DNA of 64,000 bases from Nannocystis bainbridge (GTDB lineage Bacteria; Myxococcota_A; Polyangia; Nannocystales; Nannocystaceae). This document shows, one piece after another, positions 9,845 through 19,521 of the stretch. Each line of letters opens with the position of its first letter. Position 1 is the stretch's first letter. The position numbers and the translations under genes are program-made. The stretch lies in assembly GCF_028368995.1 (NCBI RefSeq), contig NZ_JAQNDL010000003.1, forward strand, positions 1,728,001 through 1,792,000. Reading direction: 5' to 3'. Under the pieces are notes generated by a model that was not told where the DNA came from, searched no databases, and saw only the letters and a list, made by a program, of their open reading frames with translations.

Positions 9845-10321
9845 TCACGAGCCCGCGATGTCGCGGTACGGCGAGGCGCTGCGGCCGCGGGCGCGGTCGC
9901 CGAGCAGCTCCCACCGCTGGGCCAACTTGTACGCCACCGCGGCCCCCAACAGAAGCGAAGCGCCGAGGCAGAACAGCAGCGTCCCGGGCACCACCAGGTC
10001 GCCGTAGCCGGCGAAGGCCGACAGCACCAGGAACGCGATCCCGAGGGCCCCGAGGGCGATGCCGCCTTGCACGCTGCGGAGCAGCCGGCGCTGCAGCGGC
10101 GGCTCGCCCTGGTCGAGCAGGCGCAGGAACTCCTGGCCGGCGAGCCCGCCGAGGAATTTTTCCAGCGCCTCGGGCTCGCTGAACCGCTCGAGGGTCCGCA
10201 CCCCGAGCTCGAACCGCCGCTGCGTCTCGTGCTCGGCCCGCAGGCGCGACTGGCGGACGAAGAACCCGATGAGGAAGAAGAAGCTGAGGGGGATCAGGAT
10301 GGCTTCGAGCTCGATGTCCAT
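9845..10321 (-). CDS. small three-TM membrane protein (DUF6249-like) upstream of the ECF sigma
   Basis: N-terminal TM, charged linker, two C-terminal TMs; 11-bp gap to the sigma start. Confidence 0.75.
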   Translation of the reverse strand: MDIELEAILIPLSFFFLIGFFVRQSRLRAEHETQRRFELGVRTLERFSEPEALEKFLGGLAGQEFLRLLDQGEPPLQRRLLRSVQGGIALGALGIAFLVLSAFAGYGDLVVPGTLLFCLGASLLLGAAVAYKLAQRWELLGDRARGRSASPYRDIAGS

Positions 10322-10468
10322 GGCGACTCCGTGCAGCCAGAGACGCCGGCCCGGGGCCCGAGGTTAACAGCCCCTCGCCTGGACCTGCAGCCAACGGGCA
10401 GGACTGGTCGCATGTCCAGGGCGAGGCAGGCGACGCGGCGGGCCCGACGCCAGCCCGGCCCTCCGACG

Positions 10469-10510
10469 AGTCCCCAAGGACATGTCCATTCCAACATGTC
10501 CCAAGATTCA
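10469..10510. repeat. three phased 14-bp palindrome-family units
   Basis: AGTCCCCAAGGACA|TGTCCATTCCAACA|TGTCCCAAGATTCA in a divergent intergenic region. Confidence 0.7.
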
Positions 10511-10658
10511 TCTCGCGCAATCGCGTCGGTGTGACACCGACGCTCGCTCCGGCCGGCCCCGAAACCCGGTCGCGGCCGCCTCCGGTGGCAGTTGGAGCCA
10601 CGGTTCGCGACAGAACAAAGATTCGGCGCCGCTGCGGCGTCGGGGTTAGGCTGCGCCC

Positions 10659-11342
10659 ATGCTCCTTGCTTGTCCTTCTCGCCCCCTCGCGTTCGTCCTC
10701 CTGCTGGCCGCCTGCACCCCCGCGCCAGACAGCGGTGACACCGACACCACCGCGGCCACCGCGGCCACGACCGACCCTGGCACGGGCACCACCGAAACCA
10801 CCGGCGCCGCGAGCACCGACACCACCACTGGCGTCGAACCCGACCCCACGACCACCACCGGCATCACGACCGGGACCACCACCGAAGACCCCACGACGGC
10901 CGGCACCACCGCCGATACCACCACCGGCGACACCACCACCAGCGGCCTCGCCTGCGACCTCGTCCAGATCACCACCGAGCGGGCCCACGTCCTGGGCGGC
11001 GAGGTGATCGACTGCGGGATCGTCGATCCGTGGAACAACACCGTCGAGGAGTGGCAGGCCGCGCACGCCTGCGCCCTCGAGGCCGCCGCCGCCGAGCAGC
11101 AGTTCCAGCTCGTCGTCTGGCTGCAGGGCATCGACAGCGACGTCGGCCGCGGCTACATCGGCACGGCCGCCCGCTCGTACCAGCGCGAGGAGATCCACTT
11201 CGACACCCTCGGCATCCCGATCACCGGCGCCCGCCCCTGCGCCGCCTTCGCCGCGGTCGACGACTGCTACGATTTCCTCGGCACCCCCTGCATCAGCTGC
11301 GAGGGCCCGAGCCCCGGCTACGAGATCTGCGACATCCCGTGA
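10659..11342 (+). CDS. lipoprotein with Thr/Gly-rich linker and Cys-rich C-terminal domain
   Basis: Lipobox LLLAAC, long T/D/G tract, several Cys in the C-terminal domain. Confidence 0.85.
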   Translation: MLLACPSRPLAFVLLLAACTPAPDSGDTDTTAATAATTDPGTGTTETTGAASTDTTTGVEPDPTTTTGITTGTTTEDPTTAGTTADTTTGDTTTSGLACDLVQITTERAHVLGGEVIDCGIVDPWNNTVEEWQAAHACALEAAAAEQQFQLVVWLQGIDSDVGRGYIGTAARSYQREEIHFDTLGIPITGARPCAAFAAVDDCYDFLGTPCISCEGPSPGYEICDIP

Positions 11343-11367
11343 TCGCCGGGGCGCCCCGGCTCTCGTG

Positions 11368-11400
11368 AGCCCTCAGGGACATGTTCTAAAGAACATGTCC
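11368..11400. repeat. phased 14-bp palindrome-family units
   Basis: AGCCCTCAGGGACA|TGTTCTAAAGAACA|TGTCC between convergent genes. Confidence 0.75.
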
Positions 11401-11416
11401 CATCATTTCTCTCGCC

Positions 11417-13063
11417 TCAGTTCGGCGGCGGCTGGTACTTGAGCTGGAAGCGCAGGCGCAGCACGTCCTCGTCGTTCCAGCCGTCGCCGTGCCAGTACTG
11501 CCAGCCGAGCACGTGGAGGATCGCCTCGGGCCCGAGCGCCGAGGCGATCGGCTCATTATGAAAATCACCGGGGCTGCCGAAGCGGGCCTGGCCGAAATCG
11601 CCGCCGGTCGGCGACACCGCGCGGACGCGTGTCTCGCCGCGCCAGTCGTTGCCCAGCTTGCGCTTACCGCGGCCGAGCACCCCGATCGCGCCGTTGGGGA
11701 ACCATACCAGGCGCTCGACGTTCATCGCCGCGTCGCCGCTGAACGTCTTCGTCCAGCTGACCTGCCCGCCGCCGAGCAACAGCGGCTCGGCCAGCTTCGC
11801 CTGCCCGACCTTGCCCAGCGTGTGGACGCCGTCCAGGCCCGAGTCGGCCGGGCCCAGCGGGATCGTCACCCGGCGCAGCCACCACTGGCTGTCGAGCTGA
11901 TCGGTGTCGTCCCAGGCGAAGTAGACCGCGCCGTCGCCCCCGACGGTCGCGTACACGCCCCGCAGGCCGCCGTCGCTCAGCTTGCCCTCCTGCGGCCCGA
12001 GCTTGGCGGTGAAGTTCAGGCGCAGGTCACCGCTGCCGCGCGCGTAACGGCGGACGAACACGAAGTCGTCGCCGCCGCCGTTGTAGGTGCTGCCGGCGAC
12101 GACCAAGTCCCCGTCGGGGGCGAAGAACGCGTGGCGCCCCTTCGGCTTCGCGTACTGCGACGGGGCCGCGAAATCGGAGGTCCAGCGGATCGCGCCGTCG
12201 GCTGCGTACTTGCGCACGCGCATGCCCCCGTCGTCGTCGCCGACGATGTAGATGCTGCCGTCGCCGGCGACGGCCAGCGCGTTGGGGAAATTGTTCTCGC
12301 CGGCGACGTCGTATTTGCTCTCCCAGAGCAGGTCGCCGGCGCCGGAGATCCGCGCAGTATAGAGATCGCGGACCTGGCCGTTGCAGGCCGACAGCAGGGC
12401 CACGCCGCCCTGCGGGTGCGGGGCCATGAAGGTCGGCTCCTTGCCCCACGTGGTGGTGTAGAGCGTCTTCTGCCAGGCCACCGCGCCGGCCCGGGTCACC
12501 TTGACGATCCGCCACTTGTAGCGCGAGGACGAGACCGCGGTGACGTACATGAAATAGAAGTCCCCGGCGACGTCGACGGTCGAGGCCAGCGGCTTGCCCC
12601 ACGCCTCGCCGGAGGCCCACTGAAATTTGGTGCGCCACAGCTCCTGGCCGGCAGCGTCGAATGCCAGCACCAGCGCGTGATCCATGGCGACGTTCTTCTG
12701 CACCTCCCACACCTCGTAGCGCCGGCCCGCGGCGCCGAAGCTCAGCAGCACGCCCCTGTCGATGTTGGCGAACCCGCCGTCGAACAGCGCGCTGTCGAGG
12801 AGGCGCGGCGGCCCGGCCGGCGGGAACTGCTCGGGCACCGTCGGCGCACCGTGAGCGTGGCCGACCTCGACCGGCGGGTGGTCGGACTGCTTCTCCAGCT
12901 TCGGCTTTGAACTCGACGCCGGCCCGAGCTGCGGCGACGCGGAGCCACCCTGCGTCGCCTGCGGCTGCGGCTGCCCCTGGGTCGGCTGAAGCCCCGGCTT
13001 GTTCGCCGTCGGGGCGAGCGTGGAGCCGAGGACGAGGGCGAGGACGAGGCTGAGATCAGGCAT
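11417..13063 (-). CDS. secreted beta-propeller protein (SBBP/PQQ-like repeats)
   Basis: Signal peptide MPDLSLVLALVLG; repeats such as AFDAAGQELW, KVTRAGAVAW, ISGAGDLLW, KYAADGAIRW. Confidence 0.8.
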   Translation of the reverse strand: MPDLSLVLALVLGSTLAPTANKPGLQPTQGQPQPQATQGGSASPQLGPASSSKPKLEKQSDHPPVEVGHAHGAPTVPEQFPPAGPPRLLDSALFDGGFANIDRGVLLSFGAAGRRYEVWEVQKNVAMDHALVLAFDAAGQELWRTKFQWASGEAWGKPLASTVDVAGDFYFMYVTAVSSSRYKWRIVKVTRAGAVAWQKTLYTTTWGKEPTFMAPHPQGGVALLSACNGQVRDLYTARISGAGDLLWESKYDVAGENNFPNALAVAGDGSIYIVGDDDGGMRVRKYAADGAIRWTSDFAAPSQYAKPKGRHAFFAPDGDLVVAGSTYNGGGDDFVFVRRYARGSGDLRLNFTAKLGPQEGKLSDGGLRGVYATVGGDGAVYFAWDDTDQLDSQWWLRRVTIPLGPADSGLDGVHTLGKVGQAKLAEPLLLGGGQVSWTKTFSGDAAMNVERLVWFPNGAIGVLGRGKRKLGNDWRGETRVRAVSPTGGDFGQARFGSPGDFHNEPIASALGPEAILHVLGWQYWHGDGWNDEDVLRLRFQLKYQPPPN

Positions 13064-13511
13064 CGGCGACCCCACGATAGGCAAACCACTGCGAGATTGC
13101 GCCGCATGTTTTCGAGCCGGGTCCGCAGCACCCATGCGCATCGCTCCATCACCGCGCCGCGCATGGAGCCGGACCCAATGCCGGCACCTTCTCCCGCGAC
13201 GCGCCAGGCCCCACGGCCTGCGTCCCCGCGACCTCGAGTCGACGGCGAACCTGGGGCCCAACGGTCGCTCGAGCGCCGGTCCCTCGTCACTCCACAGGCC
13301 GCCGCGCGTCGCGTCTGCGCGAGGTGTGAGCCCGCCGAATCGTGACCGTTCGCCGACGCGCCGTGGTACCCGGAGGTGTCGTGCCTCGCCGCCGCACGGG
13401 CGCGCGGGTTCGCCCGAACCCGCGCGACCCCCCCGTCCGCGGCCCTACCCTTGATTTTTCGCCGCCCGCAATTTTTCCGGCGGGTCCGGCGACTCCACCG
13501 ACGGACCGATC

Positions 13512-14420
13512 ATGCTCAGCTCAGTCTTTGACTCTTCGACGACGCGCGCGCGCCTCGTGGCCGCGATGGCCGGCGCGGCGCTGTTCGTCCTGCCCGAGCG
13601 GCCCGCCGCGGCGCTCTCGTGCGACTCCCCGCCGTGGGAAGAAGGAGGGGCCACCAACCTCCTCGACGCCGCCAGGCAGTTCCCGATCGACGCCCAGTTC
13701 TGGGAGCTGCGGAGCTGCACGTACGAGCTCGACATGCCCTCGAACTGTCGACTCGAGCGCGGCGACGACGTGATCCCGGTCGACATCGATCTCGACGGCG
13801 CCGACCACTGCGAAGTCGATCCAACCTACGTCGGCGACGGCAACAACCCCGACGTGATCGTCCGCTACGTGCCGACGCGGTCGATGATCCCGAACCGGGC
13901 CTACGTGCTGGCGTGCGACACCAACGGCCCGCCTGCCAACAACGACTCCTTCCAGCACACGGTGGTGCGCTCGCGCCTCGACCCCGAGCCGGCCGCCGCG
14001 CCGGGCTCGCTCGACGATCTCGTGCTCGAGTACAAGCGCGGCGACGACGGCTGCTGCTCGACCGGCGACTGGATGGAGCTGCAGCTCGATCACGAGCAGA
14101 CGTGGCTGCGCGAGGGCGGCTACGTCGAGGCGATGTACGACGACGGCCAGGTGTTCGTGGTCAACGGGCCCGACCCATGGTCCGAGCGGATCGAGATGCC
14201 ACCGACGAACAAGGGCCTCGCGCTCACCCCGGTCGCCGCGAACGGCGTCCGCGGCGAGACGCTCCGCCTGGAGCGCGGCGACTACGACCGTGAGCTGGTC
14301 TATGTCGCCTGTGCCTTCACCCGCAACCCGTCGCCGCTGGCGCTGTGGCTGATCGCGCCGCTGCTCTGGATCGGCACCCTCGGTCGCCGCCGTCGCCGCG
14401 CCGTCGGAGGTGCGTCATGA
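13512..14420 (+). CDS. secreted Cys-containing protein with MYXO-CTERM-like tail
   Basis: Signal peptide ending PAAA; C-terminal ACA + hydrophobic helix + RRRRR. Confidence 0.8.
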   Translation: MLSSVFDSSTTRARLVAAMAGAALFVLPERPAAALSCDSPPWEEGGATNLLDAARQFPIDAQFWELRSCTYELDMPSNCRLERGDDVIPVDIDLDGADHCEVDPTYVGDGNNPDVIVRYVPTRSMIPNRAYVLACDTNGPPANNDSFQHTVVRSRLDPEPAAAPGSLDDLVLEYKRGDDGCCSTGDWMELQLDHEQTWLREGGYVEAMYDDGQVFVVNGPDPWSERIEMPPTNKGLALTPVAANGVRGETLRLERGDYDRELVYVACAFTRNPSPLALWLIAPLLWIGTLGRRRRRAVGGAS

Positions 14421-15112
14421 TGTTCTCCGCGATCGCTGCCTCTGTTCTTTTGCACATGTCTCTCGCAGCAGGTCTGTTCGGACAGGTGCAAGCACCGACC
14501 GACGGGAGCGTCGCCGTGCCTCCGGCTCCCGCCGCCCCTGCCGATCCCGCAGCGGCCCCGGCCCCGGCCGAGGCCCCCGCCCCGGAAGCGCCGCCCGAAG
14601 CTCCCGCGCCGGCCGTCGAGGCCGCCCCCACGCCGGCGCCGGTCTATGTCCAGCAGGACACGTCCTATCCGCCACCCCCGCCGACGCCCAAGAAGCCGCG
14701 GTTCGTGTTCGCCTTCCTGCCGGGGCCGACCTTCGGCCTCAGCCACCTCCCGTCGGTCAACCTGCCGTTCTTCTTCGGCGGCCGGCTCAAGCACAGCAAC
14801 TGGGCGCTGGGCTTTCAGTTCACGCTCTCGGCCGGCCTCGCCGAGCGCTACTTCTCGGGGCTGCTCACCCACCGCTATCACCTCATGGGCCTGACCCAAT
14901 TCGGCGCGCGCGGCCGCGGCTTCGCCAGCGTCGGCGGCGGCTTCGCCGTCCGCATGTTCTCGCCGATGGTCGAGGTCGAGGGCCGGGTCGGCTTCCGCTT
15001 CGGCAGGCGCGGCGTCGTCGGCGGCATGGTCCGCCTCGGCTACGACTTCGCCCACCGCGAGGGTGCCCCGGTCCCGCAGGTCGGCGCCTTCATCGGCGTC
15101 TGCAACTTCTGA
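14417..15112 (+). CDS. putative outer-membrane beta-barrel protein with Pro/Ala-rich linker
   Basis: ATGA overlap with the upstream gene; signal peptide; PA-rich linker; alternating hydrophobic strands; terminal Phe. Confidence 0.75.
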   Translation: MMFSAIAASVLLHMSLAAGLFGQVQAPTDGSVAVPPAPAAPADPAAAPAPAEAPAPEAPPEAPAPAVEAAPTPAPVYVQQDTSYPPPPPTPKKPRFVFAFLPGPTFGLSHLPSVNLPFFFGGRLKHSNWALGFQFTLSAGLAERYFSGLLTHRYHLMGLTQFGARGRGFASVGGGFAVRMFSPMVEVEGRVGFRFGRRGVVGGMVRLGYDFAHREGAPVPQVGAFIGVCNF

Positions 15113-15124
15113 GAGCGACCGCCC

Positions 15125-15152
15125 GGGCATGGCCGCCGCGCGCGCCATGCCC
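15125..15152 (+). terminator. GC-rich hairpin, possible terminator
   Basis: GGGCATGGC-N10-GCCATGCCC, 12 nt after the stop codon; no strong U-tract. Confidence 0.4.
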
Positions 15153-15171
15153 CAAATCATCTTATTTGGCT

Positions 15172-15415
15172 TGGCTTGCTGGACAGGCACCGGTCCGTCG
15201 TGGGGCGCCGGCCGGTGCCTGTCCTTTCGAACACTTTATGATTGGGAGTTCGTGAACGCTCGCGGGGAATCGCCGACCCGGCGGTTTATGTCCTTTCGGA
15301 CATCTCGCCACCCGCGGACACGGACGTGACGGCGCGCCGCTGCATGTCCTTTCGGACATGCGAAAGCGCCGGTACGGCGTGGCCGTCCGGCGCCTGACCC
15401 TCGGGACATGTCAAC
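15172..15415. repeat. spaced cluster of 14-bp palindromes (TGTCCTTTCGGACA)
   Basis: Units at 15172, 15220, 15289, 15345 and 15395, plus a 13-bp inverted repeat at 15181-15193/15212-15224. Confidence 0.8.
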
Positions 15416-15418
15416 CGA

Positions 15419-18400
15419 TCAGGTCGAGAGGAACCAGCTGCTGCCGACGACCGTGCGGACCAGCGCCGCGATCGTCGCCTTCGGGTCCGGGTCGGTCGCC
15501 AGGCGGTAGCCGGGCTCGCGCATGGCAGCGGGCAGCAGCGGGCGGGCCAGGCTGTCGAGCTGCTTCTCGACCTCGCTGGCGATCTTGCCGCGGAGCAGCC
15601 CCGCGAGCACCCCGTCCTTCTCGAGGTCGATGTGGAAGTGGGCGTCGTCGAAGCTGTAGGACACCCCGGCGAACTTGTAGTCGAGCACCGTCGCCCCGTC
15701 GATCTCGATCGGCGGGTCGGCCGTCACCAGCAGGCCGTGCTCGCTGATCCGGACCACCAGCATCGTGTCCGCCGGCAGCAGCACGCGGGCCAGCTTCGAG
15801 TCATAAAGCACGCGGCGGCCCTCGTCGTCGACCGGGAAGCGGTCGAGCACCGCCGCCACCGCCGAATAATCGGACTGCGTCGCGTTCGGCTCGATCCCCG
15901 CCAGCGACTTGCGCACCACCGCTTCGACCAGGGCATTCTCGAGCTGACCGAACTCGCCGAACTGGATCTCGCCCGACTCGAGGTGGTAGCGCGCCCCGTG
16001 GAAATCGACGCGCAGGCGCGGGCCGGGCATGTCGAGCTGCAGCCCGCGCTCGCTCGAGATCGCGGCCTCGCGGCGGTTGGCGCTGACCGTCAGCACGTCG
16101 CCCGGCGCCACGTGGACCCGCACCTGGGCGAACCCGCCGGGCAGCTGCGCCTGCAGCACCGTGATCCGCCCCGGATCCGGCTCGGGCGCCGGCGGCTGCG
16201 GCAAGATCCGCAGGCCTAGCCGCTGCGTCCACGCCGGCATCCGCGGGATCACCAGCATGCGCAGCAGATCGGCCAGCACCTGCTCCGTGCGCGGGCTGAC
16301 CGGCGACGGCTCGCGGTAGTACTTCTCCTCGATCCCCGCCACGCCGACGTGCACCGAGCCGTCGGCGAACCGGTAGGCCGTCTCGTGCAGCGTGAACGAC
16401 GGCATGTCGGCGAACGCCGCCCCGGCCAGGCGGATGCCCTCGGTCGAGCGCAGGGCCACGCCCTCGGCGTCGACGCTCAGCTCGAGCGCGCCGCCCGGGG
16501 CCGTCGTCAGCTCGATCGGACCCCACGAGCTGCTGGCGCCGAAGGCCACCAGCACGTCGTCACCGGCCTCGGTGGTGTGGCGCGCCGGCCAGAACCAGGG
16601 CAGCACGCGGGCCAGCATGCCGCGCACGACGTGGCCGAGCAGCCAGCTGTCGAGCTCGCCCGCCGCCGGCCGCGAGGTCAGCTCGAGCGTGAACGGCATC
16701 AGCGAGATCTTGGCCGCGAGGGCGTCGACGTGGATCCCCAGGTCCGGCATGCGGACCACGCAGCCCTCGCCGAAATCGAGGTGGGCCCCGTCGCGGCGCA
16801 GCTGGACCGCGAACGGGCGCTGGCGGTCGACGTGGATCGTCAGCGGACCGACGACCGGCAGCCCCAGCTCGCCGAGCGGCATCGAGGTCGGCGTCGGCGG
16901 CAGCGGCGGCGGCGGCCAGGCCTGCGGCAGGCCCAGGCGCTCGGCCAGCGCGTGCATGACGATCTTGGGCGTGAAGTGGGCGTGCAGGCGACGGACCAGC
17001 GCGTGCAGCAGCGGACCCGCCGGCGGCTGCGTCACCAGCTCGATCTGCTCGCCGTCGGGGCGCCAGCGGACCGCCTCGACCGCGAACTCGCCGATCAGCG
17101 ACTCGCCGACCGGGCGCACCTGCAGCGGCGCGGTCGCGCCGAGCACCAGCGCGCCGCTGACCCGGGCCACCGTCACCGATGCGCCCGGCGGCAGCGTCAG
17201 ATCGAAGGCGAGGCCGAGCTTCTCGCCGAGGAAGCCGGCGAGGACCTGCCGCAGCACCCAGGTCTTGCTCGGGTCGGCGTCGGGCCACAGCGGCACGACC
17301 TTGCGCAGCAGCGGCAGCGCGAACGCTTCGAGCGCGGCCACCCCGAACGCCTGCAGATAATCACCGGCCGGCGGCGTCGAGTCGATCACCAGCTCGTGCT
17401 TCGGCAGGTCGTAGCGGGCGCTGCGGAGCTCGAGCATCAGCCCGAGGTCGCGCAGGACCAGGAACAAGCCGCGCTCGCTGCGGATCGTCAGCTCGGTCGG
17501 CCCGAGCGAGCCGCCCGCGGTGTCCTGCGGGTCCATGCGCAGCTCGACGCGCCCGAGCACCGGCACCGACAGCCCGAACACCTCGACCGAGAACCGCGCC
17601 AGGCGCTCCTCGTCGAGCTTCGGCCCGCCCTCGCCGCGCATGCCGATCCACTTCGGCGCGCGCGGGGCCCCTTCCTTGCGGGCCAGGCCGGACAGCAAGG
17701 CCTGACCGAACTCGCCGAAGTTCGGGTCGCCGTCGATCTCGAGGGCGCCGTCCTCCCAGCGATAGGCGATCCGCCGCAGCTGCGTCGGCGGCACGTGCCA
17801 GGACCCCGGGAACCCTAGCGACAGCCCGCCCGGGGCGCTCAGCACCAGCGCCTCTTCGGTGTGCCGCAGCTCGACGTACTGGCCGGTCCCGGTGTGCGCG
17901 ACGATCGGCTCGCCGGCGGTCGGCTGACGCCACAGCACGTGCTGCTCGCTGCCGTGGGGCGACGGCAACACGCCGTGGTCGCGCAGCCACGCGGCCGGCA
18001 CGATCGGCGCGAGGTATTGATCGGACACGCGCTGGACCACCGCGTCGAGCAGGGGCCCGAGCGCCGGCTCGGCGCGGAACTCGACGACCGGTTTGTCGTC
18101 GCGGCCCCAGCGGAGCTGCGAGCCCACCAGCCGCAGCTCGGCGAGCTCGGGGAATTGATCGGAGTAGAGGTAGATGCCGCGCGGCGCGTCGATCCGCAGG
18201 CCCTGCTCGTCCTTGATGAAGGCGACGTCGCCGCCGCGATCGGTGGCGACCGCCAGCGAGCTGAACGGCCCCAGCGGGATCGTGAACAGCTTGCGCGTGG
18301 CCTCCGGCGGGTTGTCGGCCGAGATCCGCATGGTCGTCAGCGCGGTCGCCAGCGCCGCCTTGGTGCCCGAGAACAGGCTGGCCGCGCCGCCCTCGCCCTC

Positions 18401-19252
18401 GCGCGCGTTCGGGTGGCCGGGCGTGCCCTCGGCGCCCGCGAGCGGCTCGCCTTGCGGCAGCGCCTTGTCGTCGGCGCGCAGGTTGTGGACCAGCTCGAGC
18501 AGGTGCTCGCGGCGATCGGGATCGGCGAACAGGTCGTAACCGGGCTCGGCCATGGCCGCGGGCAGGCGCTTGCGCAGCCACTTGGTGGCCTGCCGGCCGG
18601 CGACGCGGACCAGCGCCCGCCGCACCGGACCGATCGGGGCGCTGACGACCTCGACCGTGGCGGTGGCAAAATCATAGCGGACGCGCAGCACCGAGAGGCT
18701 GAGCCCGACGGCGCGGATCAGCAGCGGCCGCGACACCGCGACCTCGATCGCGTCGCCGCGCACCTCGACGGAGAGGATCGCCAGTGGGTCCAGGCTGGCC
18801 GATACGCCGGGGAAGCGGCGGCGGAACTTCAGGTTGCTCGCGTCGGGCTGGTCGGGGAACAGCCGCTTCGCCGCCGCGTGCAGCATGCTGCCGCCGGGGG
18901 TCCAGCCGAGCGTGTGCCGCAGGACGCTACACAGCGCGACCGCGACCGCGCGCGGCACGAAGCCGCCGAGGCCGTCGCTGTCGGTCTCGACCACGCCGTC
19001 CACCAGATCGATGTAAAGCCGGCGCAGCCGCGCCGAGGGTAGCTCGACCGGACGCACCTCGAGGCCGCTCCCGAACTGCAGTTCGATGGCGTCGGCGTCG
19101 ATCTCGAGCTTGAGCGGCTGGCCGAGCCCGAGCGCGACATCGACTTCGCCGACGACGGGTACGGTCAATCGCTCGGACTCCTCGTGCGACAATACGGCGG
19201 TCACGAACTCCCTGCTCGGCTCGACCTCGTGGGTGGGCTGCGGTTGCGGCAT
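15419..19252 (-). CDS. large (1277 aa) hypothetical protein of about 10 degenerate beta-rich repeats
   Basis: Strong coding bias; start MPQPQPTHE; internal duplication LPAAMAEPGYDLFADPD versus LPAAMREPGYRLATDPD. Confidence 0.85.
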   Translation of the reverse strand: MPQPQPTHEVEPSREFVTAVLSHEESERLTVPVVGEVDVALGLGQPLKLEIDADAIELQFGSGLEVRPVELPSARLRRLYIDLVDGVVETDSDGLGGFVPRAVAVALCSVLRHTLGWTPGGSMLHAAAKRLFPDQPDASNLKFRRRFPGVSASLDPLAILSVEVRGDAIEVAVSRPLLIRAVGLSLSVLRVRYDFATATVEVVSAPIGPVRRALVRVAGRQATKWLRKRLPAAMAEPGYDLFADPDRREHLLELVHNLRADDKALPQGEPLAGAEGTPGHPNAREGEGGAASLFSGTKAALATALTTMRISADNPPEATRKLFTIPLGPFSSLAVATDRGGDVAFIKDEQGLRIDAPRGIYLYSDQFPELAELRLVGSQLRWGRDDKPVVEFRAEPALGPLLDAVVQRVSDQYLAPIVPAAWLRDHGVLPSPHGSEQHVLWRQPTAGEPIVAHTGTGQYVELRHTEEALVLSAPGGLSLGFPGSWHVPPTQLRRIAYRWEDGALEIDGDPNFGEFGQALLSGLARKEGAPRAPKWIGMRGEGGPKLDEERLARFSVEVFGLSVPVLGRVELRMDPQDTAGGSLGPTELTIRSERGLFLVLRDLGLMLELRSARYDLPKHELVIDSTPPAGDYLQAFGVAALEAFALPLLRKVVPLWPDADPSKTWVLRQVLAGFLGEKLGLAFDLTLPPGASVTVARVSGALVLGATAPLQVRPVGESLIGEFAVEAVRWRPDGEQIELVTQPPAGPLLHALVRRLHAHFTPKIVMHALAERLGLPQAWPPPPLPPTPTSMPLGELGLPVVGPLTIHVDRQRPFAVQLRRDGAHLDFGEGCVVRMPDLGIHVDALAAKISLMPFTLELTSRPAAGELDSWLLGHVVRGMLARVLPWFWPARHTTEAGDDVLVAFGASSSWGPIELTTAPGGALELSVDAEGVALRSTEGIRLAGAAFADMPSFTLHETAYRFADGSVHVGVAGIEEKYYREPSPVSPRTEQVLADLLRMLVIPRMPAWTQRLGLRILPQPPAPEPDPGRITVLQAQLPGGFAQVRVHVAPGDVLTVSANRREAAISSERGLQLDMPGPRLRVDFHGARYHLESGEIQFGEFGQLENALVEAVVRKSLAGIEPNATQSDYSAVAAVLDRFPVDDEGRRVLYDSKLARVLLPADTMLVVRISEHGLLVTADPPIEIDGATVLDYKFAGVSYSFDDAHFHIDLEKDGVLAGLLRGKIASEVEKQLDSLARPLLPAAMREPGYRLATDPDPKATIAALVRTVVGSSWFLST

Positions 19253-19521
19253 GGCCACGATGTAGTCGGCAATGTCGACCGCGCTCGTGTCAAAGGCCAC
19301 GTCGCGCCACGAGCGACGCCAGACCGCTTTCACCGCGTCCGGCCGGCCGGCGCCGCCAGGGTGTCGCAAGCTGCGCAGCGCCTCGCCTGCGGAGGTCCGA
19401 TCGCCCTGGCGGCGGCTCGCTTGCGAAGCCGCAAGGATCGGCAATGCTTGCCCGGCGGACCCTCCGCCGGACCGCCCCGCAGACGATCGGCCGCCGCCAC
19501 GGCGACCTGGGCAGCACGCGC

